Shown: piece by piece, positions 19,758-28,008 of the stretch | Layout: the number at the start of each line of letters is the position of its first letter | How positions within the stretch are numbered: the first letter of the stretch is position 1 | Assembly: GCA_001790855.1 (NCBI GenBank) | Contig: MGDH01000022.1 | Coordinates: 7,116-71,115, forward strand | Reading direction: 5' to 3' | Source: Candidatus Schekmanbacteria bacterium RIFCSPLOWO2_02_FULL_38_14 | GTDB taxonomy: Bacteria > Schekmanbacteria > GWA2-38-11 | DNA length: 64,000 bases | Translations under genes and position numbers: made by a program | The notes under the pieces: generated by a model | Databases searched by the model: none | The model's input: the letters and a program-made list of their open reading frames with translations, nothing else | What the model was told of the DNA's origin: nothing

Positions 19758-20837
19758 TTAGTATTGCTGAAATAGTTTTCCCCATTTTGTGTTCATAAAT
19801 TCTTTCACAACCTTTTTACCTTTTACAGGATACCAGAAGAAATCATGGTAAAAATATGAACCAAATACAAAAAGATATACAAGTGGTGTATGGAAAAAGA
19901 GTTTCTGGAAAATTTTTAAAGGAGAAAACCAGAGAATATCTCCAATGTAGCTTGCAGTATTATCTCCGACAAAGAAGTTGAAGTTGACTTTTGATATGTC
20001 ATCTCCAACAATTTCTATTTCTTCAATTTTTCCAACACCCAAACCCTGTTCATGGGCTAATCTGATATATTCAAGACTCATGGGGTCAAAGCCCATCATC
20101 TTGGATGCAACTGCATCTATAGCAACACAATCACCACTTGCCAGAATATAGTCTTTCTCAACAGGAATCATTGTTCTTGGTCCTGGTCCGTTTCCGCATG
20201 TAGTTCCATCCATTACAGCAAAAATTCCGGAGTGGATTTCCTTTTGTATTGCCAGAAGGTCAACAAGGGTTTTATGGATTTCGCTGTGAGTGTAATGTCT
20301 GCGAGTATTTAAAAGTCCACCAAAGGCATTCTTCATAGCTCCGGTAGTTGTAGTATATATATGGGTTTTCATAGTTGGGAGATGGATAATATTTTTATCA
20401 AAGAAAAAGTCGGGAAGATAAATTCCTTCGGGATAGATTTTGTAAAGAATATTCATTTTCGCTTTTGGCTCGTAACGAATCCATTTTATATCTTGGGGAA
20501 GGAAATTATACTTTTTAGGAATATCATATTTTTTAAAAACCGGATTGAATTTATTAAGTTCTTCTCCCTTAAAAGCATTTGTAACAACGGTTTCATTTGC
20601 TACGGACACAAGTTCAGTATAACCAGAAGATTTTAATTTTTTTATTGTTCCTTCAAGCTGCCATGGGGTTGTATTTGCACCAGGGAAAGGGAAATGCCAT
20701 GAAATGTTATCTTTTAATATTGTGGTTTTGTTTTTTGACAGGAATTTATCAAATTCAGCCAAATCAAGTAATTTCTGATAGTCCTCGATTACTGTTTCAG
20801 GTCTTGTCTTTAAAACAGCAACTTTGGTTTTTGCCAT
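19758..20837 (-). CDS. DUF362 domain-containing protein
   Basis: ...FAVMDGTTCGNGPGP...ILASGDCVAIDAVASKMMGFDP... is conserved in DUF362 proteins. Confidence 0.5.
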   Translation of the reverse strand: MAKTKVAVLKTRPETVIEDYQKLLDLAEFDKFLSKNKTTILKDNISWHFPFPGANTTPWQLEGTIKKLKSSGYTELVSVANETVVTNAFKGEELNKFNPVFKKYDIPKKYNFLPQDIKWIRYEPKAKMNILYKIYPEGIYLPDFFFDKNIIHLPTMKTHIYTTTTGAMKNAFGGLLNTRRHYTHSEIHKTLVDLLAIQKEIHSGIFAVMDGTTCGNGPGPRTMIPVEKDYILASGDCVAIDAVASKMMGFDPMSLEYIRLAHEQGLGVGKIEEIEIVGDDISKVNFNFFVGDNTASYIGDILWFSPLKIFQKLFFHTPLVYLFVFGSYFYHDFFWYPVKGKKVVKEFMNTKWGKLFQQY

Positions 20838-20896
20838 TTAGTTTCTCCTTATGTAACACACTTGTTATTTAATTCGTGGCTAATTTAAAAAACGAT

Positions 20897-22798
20897 TTAT
20901 TTTTTTATGACCTTTAATTTAACAGCACCTAAAGATGATCTTACAACTTTTATAATGCCTTCAGTATCAAGTCCGAATTTTTCTCTCAATTCTACCTGAG
21001 ACCCGTGTTCGACAAACTCATCAGGAATTCCTATTCTGCAAGAGACAGAATTTGCCAGTCCGTTTTCTGTTAATATTTCTAAAACTGCACTTCCAAAACC
21101 ACCCTGAAGAACATTTTCTTCAATAGTTATAACTATATTTACTTCAGAAGCAATATTGCAGATTGTAGTTCTGTCCAAAGGTTTTATAAATCTTGAATTA
21201 ACGACAGCTGTTCTGATACCATCTTTTTCTAATTTTTCAGATGCACACAGTGACGGATATACCATGTTGCCTATTGCTAATAGGGCAACATCTTTTCCTT
21301 TTTTAATCACCTCTGCTTTCCCTACTTCAATTAATTTAAATTCCTTTTCGATAACTACTCCGGTACCAATGCTTCTTGGGTATCTTATTGCAACAGGTTG
21401 ATTCATATTAATAGCAGTATAAAGCATATGCTGTAGTTCATTTTCATCTTTTGGTGACATAACAATCATATTGGGCATAAACCTTAGGTATGATATGTCA
21501 AAAACTCCCTGGTGTGTAACCCCATCAGAGCCTACTATTCCTGCCCTATCTATAGCAAATATGACCGGTAGATTTGGGATACATACATCATGTATTATCT
21601 GGTCAAAACCTCTTTGTAAAAAGGTTGAATAGATAGCAACTATAGGTTTAAGTCCTTTTGATGCCATGCCTGCAGCAAATGTTATCCCATGTTGTTCAGC
21701 TATTCCAACATCATAAAACCTTTCAGGGAATTTATCCCTGAAAATGCAGAGGCCAGTACCTTCAGCCATAGCAGCAGTTACTGCTACTACCCTTTCATCT
21801 TTTTCTGCAAGTTTTAAAACTGTTTCTCCAAAAACCTGTGTATAAGATGGAACAGTTGATTTTTCTTTGCTAAAACAGCCGCTTTCAATCTCAAAAGATG
21901 TTACTCCGTGGAAAGTGCAGGGATTTTCTTCAGCATATTTATACCCTTTTCCTTTTTGAGTTATCACATGGATTAAGACAGGACTTTGGATTTCCTTAAC
22001 ATTTTTTAAAGTTTCTATCAGGTAATGAATATTATGCCCATCAATTGGTCCTACATACTTAAAACCCAATTCTTCAAATATTATCCCTGGTACAATAAGG
22101 CTTTTAATTGCTTCTTCAAGCTTTCTTACCTGCTTTGCCACCCGGGTACCGATTTTGGGGATGCTTTTGAGCAAGGTTTCTATCTCTTTTCTGAATTTCA
22201 TGTAGCGGGTTCCAGTAGTAACCTTTGACAGATATGCTGCAATTGCTCCTACATTTGGGGAAATTGACATCTCATTATCATTTAATACGACTATGAAGTT
22301 TTTCTTAAATCGCCCCGCATGATTTAACCCTTCATAGGCTAATCCTCCGGTAAGCGAACCATCACCAACAACTGCTATTACATAGTTTTCTTCTTTCAGA
22401 TGACGCATTGCCTCAGCAATACCCAGAGAAACAGAGATAGAAGTGCTTGCGTGCCCTGCAGTGAAAGGGTCATAGATACTTTCTTCAGGGTGTGGAAACC
22501 CGCTCAATCCTTTATATTTTCTTATTGTAGAAAATTTATCCTTTCTGCCAGTTAAAATCTTATGTGCGTAACTCTGATGGCCAACATCCCATACTATCTT
22601 ATCATCAGGGGCATTAAATACATAATGAAGGGCAATTGTAAGTTCTACAACACCAAGACTTGATGCAAGATGTCCACCATTTTGTGAAATAATCTTGATT
22701 ATCAGTTCTCTGATTTCTGAGGCTAATACATCAAGTTCCTTCAGTGTCATCTCTTTCAAATCATTTGGGTAATTTATCTTTTTTAAAATTTCTTCCAT
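20897..22798 (-). CDS. dxs: 1-deoxy-D-xylulose-5-phosphate synthase
   Basis: N-terminus LKEMTLKELDVLASEIRELI...GGHLASSLGVVELTIALHYVFN...DKIVWDVGHQSYAHKILTGR. The TPP-binding GDG motif is present. Length is 633 aa. Confidence 0.9.
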   Translation of the reverse strand: MEEILKKINYPNDLKEMTLKELDVLASEIRELIIKIISQNGGHLASSLGVVELTIALHYVFNAPDDKIVWDVGHQSYAHKILTGRKDKFSTIRKYKGLSGFPHPEESIYDPFTAGHASTSISVSLGIAEAMRHLKEENYVIAVVGDGSLTGGLAYEGLNHAGRFKKNFIVVLNDNEMSISPNVGAIAAYLSKVTTGTRYMKFRKEIETLLKSIPKIGTRVAKQVRKLEEAIKSLIVPGIIFEELGFKYVGPIDGHNIHYLIETLKNVKEIQSPVLIHVITQKGKGYKYAEENPCTFHGVTSFEIESGCFSKEKSTVPSYTQVFGETVLKLAEKDERVVAVTAAMAEGTGLCIFRDKFPERFYDVGIAEQHGITFAAGMASKGLKPIVAIYSTFLQRGFDQIIHDVCIPNLPVIFAIDRAGIVGSDGVTHQGVFDISYLRFMPNMIVMSPKDENELQHMLYTAINMNQPVAIRYPRSIGTGVVIEKEFKLIEVGKAEVIKKGKDVALLAIGNMVYPSLCASEKLEKDGIRTAVVNSRFIKPLDRTTICNIASEVNIVITIEENVLQGGFGSAVLEILTENGLANSVSCRIGIPDEFVEHGSQVELREKFGLDTEGIIKVVRSSLGAVKLKVIKK

Positions 22799-22813
22799 AT
22801 TTAATTTTTTCTA

Positions 22814-23704
22814 TTATTTGTTTCTTGAAGTTATGTATTTTGTTATCTCCCTAAGCAGTTTAGCACTGCTACCAAAGTTCTGTAAGATATTCAATGCTTC
22901 TTCAACAAGCTGACTGGCTTTCCTTTTGGAAGTATCCATGCCAAGGCATTGTGGATAAGTAGCTTTGTCAGTTTTTTTATCACTTCCTGTTTCCTTGCCA
23001 ATTTTTTCTTCAATCCCTTCAATATCAAGAATATCATCTATTATCTGAAATGCCAAGCCTATTTTTGTACCGTATTGAGTTAGGAGTTTAAGGTTTTTTT
23101 CAGATGCTTTTGCCACAATTGCTCCTGCTCTTACGGATGCTGTTATTAATGCTCCGGTTTTATGTGAGTGAATATAATTAAGTGTTTCCTCCTTTACCAT
23201 TTTTCCTTCTGACTGAATGTCTGCTGCCTGTCCTCCAATCATTCCGTCAATTCCTGAGAAGAATGCTATGTCATTTATTATTTTTAGTGTTAAAGAAGGG
23301 TCAAAATTTTCAAGGTTATCCTCATCACTTATTATTTTAAAAGCAAGAGTCAAAAGTGCATCACCCGCTAAAATAGCTATCGCTTCACCGAAAACCTTAT
23401 GATTTGTCAATTGTCCTCTTCTATAGGTGTCATTATCCATTGCAGGTAGATCATCATGGATTAACGAGTAGGTATGAATAAGTTCAATGGCGCATGCAAA
23501 TGGGATTGCATATTTCACCACACCTCCGAGGGTTTCGCAGATTACAAGAGTAAGAATTGACCTTAATCTTTTTCCTCCAGCAAAAACACTGTAATTAATG
23601 GATTCTTTGAGAGAATCCGGATATCCACTGTATTGAGAAATGAATTTTTTTAATGAATCTTCAATTAATATTTTCCTTGATTCTAATTCTTTTTTGAGCT
23701 CCAT
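22814..23704 (-). CDS. ispA: Polyprenyl diphosphate synthase (farnesyl/geranylgeranyl diphosphate synthase)
   Basis: First aspartate-rich motif LIHDDLPAMDNDTYRRG and second motif FQIIDDILD. Start is placed at the Met (23704) that avoids overlap with xseB. Confidence 0.8.
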   Translation of the reverse strand: MELKKELESRKILIEDSLKKFISQYSGYPDSLKESINYSVFAGGKRLRSILTLVICETLGGVVKYAIPFACAIELIHTYSLIHDDLPAMDNDTYRRGQLTNHKVFGEAIAILAGDALLTLAFKIISDEDNLENFDPSLTLKIINDIAFFSGIDGMIGGQAADIQSEGKMVKEETLNYIHSHKTGALITASVRAGAIVAKASEKNLKLLTQYGTKIGLAFQIIDDILDIEGIEEKIGKETGSDKKTDKATYPQCLGMDTSKRKASQLVEEALNILQNFGSSAKLLREITKYITSRNK

Positions 23705-23711
23705 ACTGTTT

Positions 23712-23960
23712 TTATTCATCAGACTCTTCACTGTTGAGTTCATCAAAAGGCTTTATTATGTTTGATCCGTTTTCTCCTTTAATCAGGATTTCAACTTTTT
23801 TTTCAGCTTCTTCAAGTTTTGAAGCACATACTTTGCTGAGGTTAATACCCTCTTCAAATAACCTCATGGATTCTTCTAAGTTAAGGTTTCCTTCTTCAAG
23901 TTTTTTTACAATTATTTCAAGTTTCCCAAAGGCATCTTCAAATTTTATTTCATTTCCCAT
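23712..23960 (-). CDS. xseB: Exodeoxyribonuclease VII small subunit
   Basis: FEDAFGKLEIIVKKLEEGNLNLEESMRLFEEGINLSKVC is a typical XseB helix pair. Length is 82 aa. It sits directly downstream of xseA. Confidence 0.8.
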   Translation of the reverse strand: MGNEIKFEDAFGKLEIIVKKLEEGNLNLEESMRLFEEGINLSKVCASKLEEAEKKVEILIKGENGSNIIKPFDELNSEESDE

Positions 23961-23999
23961 CAGCAGAATTCCCCTTTTGAAAAAATATTGATTCTATAA

Positions 24000-25325
24000 T
24001 TAATTTACTTCACAAGATATTTTTCCATCTTTTAAGGTCAAGCTTAATTGTTCTCCTGTTTTTACCTGAGATATGCTTTTAATAAGGTTTCCGTCATTTG
24101 ATTTCTGGCATATGCAGTAACCTCTTTCCATCTGAGAATAAGGGTTAAAAAAATTTAATATTTCAAATCGTTTCGAATACTCCTTTTTGTAATTTGCTAT
24201 CAATACCTTCATTGCTGATTGAAGGCGGTTTTCAATTTGTTTTAAAATTCCCTGATAGCTTGATATTCTGTAAGTTGGCTTATGAGCCAAAAATTTTCCA
24301 TACATAATGATAAGGGACTCTTTCTTTTCACTGATGAGATTAAGAGTTTCTCTATTGATTCTGGATGTCAGTTCGTCAGTTTTCTGATAATATTTTCGAA
24401 TGAGGCTTAATGGTGTATATGCCTGGCACAGGCTGATTAATAGCTCCAATGATTTATTTAGATATTTTATTTTTGACAGAAATTTATCTTTTAATCTGCT
24501 TTGCAGAAAATGCAAATTCTTTTGGATTTCTTCTTTGCTTGAAATTACAAGTTCAGCTGCTGCTGATGGGGTTGGAGCTCTGACATCAGCTACAAAATCA
24601 GAAATAGTATAATCAATTTCATGTCCAACAGCAGAGATGACAGGTATTTTTGAGGCAAAGATAGCTCTTGCAACAATTTCTTCATTAAATGCCCAAAGGT
24701 CTTCAATTGAACCTCCACCCCTTCCAACAATCAAAACGTCAATATCACTAAATTTATTCAGTTCTTCTATTCCATAAGCTATCTCTTTTGCTGCTTCATC
24801 GCCCTGGACTTTTACTGGATAAACCAGAATATGCAGGTTAGCAAATCTTCTGTTAATTACATGGATTATGTCCCTTATTGCTGCACCGGTTGGAGAGGTC
24901 ACAATTCCGATTTTTTTTGGAAAAAAAGGGAGCTTCTTTTTAAACTTTTTTTCAAAAAGTCCCTCTTCTGCAAGCTTTACTTTCAACTGCTCAAAAGCTA
25001 ACTGAAGGGCACCTATCCCTTTTGGTTCTATGTAATCAATTATTATCTGATAGATTCCCCTTGCTTCGTAAACTGTTATTCTTCCATTCACAATTACGCT
25101 AAGCCCGTCTTTGACATCAAATTTTATAAATCTTCGTTGTGTTTTAAAGATTACAGCTTGAATCTGGGCAAACTCATCTTTTAAAGTAAAATAGATATGT
25201 CCTGAGGATGGAATTTTTAAGTTAGATATTTCACCTTCTATCCAAATATTATTGAAATTTAGTTCTAGTTTTTCTTTAATAAGCTGAGTAATTTTCGAGA
25301 TAGTATAGATTTGAGTTTCTACCAT
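24000..25325 (-). CDS. xseA: Exodeoxyribonuclease VII large subunit
   Basis: The N-terminal OB-fold ISKITQLIKEKLELNFNNIWIEGEISNLKIPSSGHIYFTLKDEFAQIQAVIF and central ...VGRGGGSIEDLWAFNEE... match XseA. Length is 441 aa. Confidence 0.85.
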   Translation of the reverse strand: MVETQIYTISKITQLIKEKLELNFNNIWIEGEISNLKIPSSGHIYFTLKDEFAQIQAVIFKTQRRFIKFDVKDGLSVIVNGRITVYEARGIYQIIIDYIEPKGIGALQLAFEQLKVKLAEEGLFEKKFKKKLPFFPKKIGIVTSPTGAAIRDIIHVINRRFANLHILVYPVKVQGDEAAKEIAYGIEELNKFSDIDVLIVGRGGGSIEDLWAFNEEIVARAIFASKIPVISAVGHEIDYTISDFVADVRAPTPSAAAELVISSKEEIQKNLHFLQSRLKDKFLSKIKYLNKSLELLISLCQAYTPLSLIRKYYQKTDELTSRINRETLNLISEKKESLIIMYGKFLAHKPTYRISSYQGILKQIENRLQSAMKVLIANYKKEYSKRFEILNFFNPYSQMERGYCICQKSNDGNLIKSISQVKTGEQLSLTLKDGKISCEVN

Positions 25326-25397
25326 AGTTCAGTAAACCTCATGATTTTGAGATTGAGCTTAAGAGAAATAATACTCTGTGTCAAGGGAGTTTTTATA

Positions 25398-25426
25398 GTT
25401 TCTGAAAACTGTTTTATTTCAGAAAC
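25398..25426. promoter_or_regulatory. Inverted repeat GTTTCTGAAA-N9-TTTCAGAAAC upstream of xseA
   Basis: 10-bp perfect inverted repeat read directly. It sits in a 456-bp divergent intergenic region. Confidence 0.3.
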
Positions 25427-25488
25427 ACAATAGGTTCTAAGCTATTTATTTTTATGGCTTTTGAGGACTATGTTTTTAAATTTTTTTT

Positions 25489-25571
25489 AATGTCGGGTTT
25501 TTAGACACTTTTTATATTTATAAAACAATGAGTTAGATTATCTCTGCTAAAAAATGTCGGAAATTTAGACA
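25489..25571. promoter_or_regulatory. Two 19-bp direct repeats AATGTCGG(G/A)(T/A)(T/A)TTTAGACA spaced 64 bp apart
   Basis: Repeats lie at 25489..25507 and 25553..25571, matching at 16 of 19 positions. They are in the same divergent intergenic region and are candidate transcription-factor binding sites. Confidence 0.3.
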
Positions 25572-25781
25572 AATTTCAAGTTTCTATATTTGTACTTTTA
25601 AATAAGTCTAATCGATTATTATGGAATTAAGCAATTAAAACAAATAGTTATATTTTTGCCCTAAAAATGGCATAAATTTTGCATAAATCTTAAGTATCAA
25701 AAGAATATTTTTTAAAAGGGTGAGAATTAAAACTTTTATTAAAGCCTTTCTTCTCTAACCAGCAATTTCTTAAGGAAAACT

Positions 25782-26039
25782 ATGTCTGACAATAGTGGGA
25801 AAAAAGAAGAATTTGCTGAAGAAGAAACAAAATTTCTTCAGCTAAGAACTGCTGTTAACCTTACAAAGTTAATAATATTGCAGGGAGAAATTACGTATGG
25901 AGAGGCTTTAAAACTTGTTGAAAACCTCAGGTCTTATTCCATGAAGCTTTTTCCTGAAAAAGAAGAGACTTTTGAGTTGGTTTATAGAGGAAGATTTAAT
26001 AGAATAATGGACGAAAAATACAAGTATTTGGAAGAATAA
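25782..26039 (+). CDS. Hypothetical small protein (85 aa)
   Basis: ORF with plausible upstream spacing. No recognisable motif. Confidence 0.3.
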   Translation: MSDNSGKKEEFAEEETKFLQLRTAVNLTKLIILQGEITYGEALKLVENLRSYSMKLFPEKEETFELVYRGRFNRIMDEKYKYLEE

Positions 26040-26085
26040 ATTTATTTATTCAGTAAGAGTTTCAAAAATAAGAAGGAAAGTATTA

Positions 26086-27285
26086 TTATAATTTTTTAAG
26101 ATTTAGTATTCTGTCAAAAATCTTCTCTGCAACTTCTTCTTTTGAGAGTTTTGGCAGGTCTTTAATTTTTCCATTTCTGTCTATAAGCTTGACAATGTTT
26201 GTGTCAGAATTAAAACCTGCACCATTCTGAGTTACATCATTTGCAACTATGAGGTCGCAGTTTTTTTCTTTAAGTTTTTTCTGGGCGTTTTTTATAAGGT
26301 TTTCAGTTTCTGCGGCAAAGCCCACAAGAATCCTTTTTCCTTTTTTCTTTCCCACCTCAAGCAATATGTCAGGAGTTTTTTCAAGTTTCAGGGTAACAGA
26401 TTCTTTCTCATCTTTTTTAATTTTGGCGTAAGATTCTTTTTTGGGTTTGAAATCAGAAACAGCAGCAGCTTTGATTATCATAGTGGATTCCGGGAGATTC
26501 TTGAGAACTGCTTCTCTCATTTGCGAAGCAGACAGAACATTTATTATTTTTGCACCGGGAGGGAAGGGAATACCGGTCGGAGCGCTTACCAGGGTTACAT
26601 CTGCCCCCCGGGCTAAAGCTACCTTAGCAAGAGCATAACCCATTTTCCCGCTTGAGCGGTTAGTGATATATCTTACAGGATCAATTGCCTCCTGAGTTCC
26701 TCCTGCAGTAATTAATATTTTTTCTCCCTTGAGGTCTGATTTCTGAAGCAAAGTTTTTTTTACTTTTTCAATTATCAATGAAACTTCAGCTAATTTTCCT
26801 ATACCCTCATCTCCACACGCAAGCTCGCCTGTCTGCGGCTCAATAAATTCAACTCCAAGGGATGATAGTTTTTTTATATTTTCTTTTGTTGTATGATGCA
26901 GATACATATTTGAGTTCATGGCAGGGGCAATTAGTATTTTTCCTCTAAATGCTAAATAAAAAGTTGAAAGAAAATCATCAGCTATGCCGCTAGCAAACTT
27001 TGCAATAATATTGGCTGTTGCAGGGACCACAAGGAGGAGGTCAGTTTCTTTTGCGAGGTTTATATGGCAGACATCAAACTCTGACGGAAGATCAAACTGC
27101 CCACTTATTACCCCGTTTTTTGTAAGAGTCTGTAGGGTTAAAGGAGTTATGAACTCACAAGCATTTTTTGTCATAATTGCAGTGACTGAAACTCCTGCTT
27201 TTCTTAATTCTCTTACAATTTCGCAAGCCTTGTAAGCAGCAATTCCGCCTGTTATTCCGAGAACTATATTTTTACCCTTAAGCAC
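26086..27285 (-). CDS. coaBC: Bifunctional phosphopantothenoylcysteine decarboxylase / phosphopantothenate-cysteine ligase
   Basis: N-terminal flavoprotein MLKGKNIVLGITGGIAAYKACEIVRELRKAGVSV plus a C-terminal CoaB ligase domain. Length is 399 aa. Confidence 0.85.
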   Translation of the reverse strand: MLKGKNIVLGITGGIAAYKACEIVRELRKAGVSVTAIMTKNACEFITPLTLQTLTKNGVISGQFDLPSEFDVCHINLAKETDLLLVVPATANIIAKFASGIADDFLSTFYLAFRGKILIAPAMNSNMYLHHTTKENIKKLSSLGVEFIEPQTGELACGDEGIGKLAEVSLIIEKVKKTLLQKSDLKGEKILITAGGTQEAIDPVRYITNRSSGKMGYALAKVALARGADVTLVSAPTGIPFPPGAKIINVLSASQMREAVLKNLPESTMIIKAAAVSDFKPKKESYAKIKKDEKESVTLKLEKTPDILLEVGKKKGKRILVGFAAETENLIKNAQKKLKEKNCDLIVANDVTQNGAGFNSDTNIVKLIDRNGKIKDLPKLSKEEVAEKIFDRILNLKKL

Positions 27286-27331
27286 AGTTTAAGATTTTTA
27301 CCCGTTATAAGTTTTGTATCATATTCTTTTT

Positions 27332-27438
27332 TGTCATTGCGAGCGATAGCGAAGCAATCTCGGTTTTTAGCTATTAGCTGATAGCTGTCAGTATTGTAAT
27401 GAGATTGCTTCGTCGCTAAATAGCTCCTCGCAATGACA
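27332..27438. repeat. Palindromic repeat element, copy 1 (about 107 bp; arms GTCATTGCGAG...CGAAGCAATCTC)
   Basis: Left arm TGTCATTGCGAGCGATAGCGAAGCAATCTC and right arm GAGATTGCTTCGTCGCTAAATAGCTCCTCGCAATGACA are inverted complements. The central loop holds GCTGATAGCTGTCAG. A second copy lies at 50507..50623. Confidence 0.7.
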
Positions 27439-27467
27439 AAGACTTTTTTCAACAGCCTGTTAAAGCT

Positions 27468-27493
27468 GTTTAGGATTTCGAATTTAGAATTTT
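27468..27493. repeat. AT-rich interspersed repeat GTTTAGGATTTCGAATTTAG, copy
   Basis: Identical 20-mer at 45696. Related copies at 52004 and, in reverse complement, at 49435. Confidence 0.6.
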
Positions 27494-27497
27494 CCCC

Positions 27498-27995
27498 CTA
27501 CTCAACCACAATCAGTGTGTCTCCTGCATTTACAACAACCCCTTCTTCAACTGCTATCTCTTTTACTACACCTTTACTTGACGACTTAAGCTCGTTTTCC
27601 ATCTTCATTGCCTCAACTACGATCATTCCTGCCCCGGACTCAACTTCTTCTCCTTCTTTTACCAGTATCTTAACGATTTTTCCTGGCATAGGAGCCTTGA
27701 TAACCTGTTTTCCGCTTTCGGGTTCCTTTTTTTTCTGAGCCATCCGCCTTGTTGCTTCATCAAACACTTCAATTTCAAAGCTTTCACCACTTATATCAAC
27801 TATGTATTTATTTTCCTCGCTTTTAATATTGGAAAGATATGATTTGTTTGACACAATAAGGGAGTAGAGTTCCTTTTTAAAAAGAGTAGCATCAACATCA
27901 AATTCTTCACCGTCAATCTTTATAAGAAAAGACTTCTCTTTTCTTTCAATTTCAACAGAATATTCTTTATTCCCTACTAAAATGTCAAAAATCAT
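27498..27995 (-). CDS. Biotin carboxyl carrier protein (biotinyl domain protein)
   Basis: C-terminus IKAPMPGKIVKILVKEGEEVESGAGMIVVEAMKMENELKSSSKGVVKEI carries the EAMKM biotinylation motif. Start is placed at Met 27995 (MIFDILVG) to avoid a 113-nt overlap with the upstream biotin carboxylase gene. The start is uncertain. Confidence 0.6.
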   Translation of the reverse strand: MIFDILVGNKEYSVEIERKEKSFLIKIDGEEFDVDATLFKKELYSLIVSNKSYLSNIKSEENKYIVDISGESFEIEVFDEATRRMAQKKKEPESGKQVIKAPMPGKIVKILVKEGEEVESGAGMIVVEAMKMENELKSSSKGVVKEIAVEEGVVVNAGDTLIVVE

Positions 27996-28008
27996 TTTTA
28001 TGTTTTTT

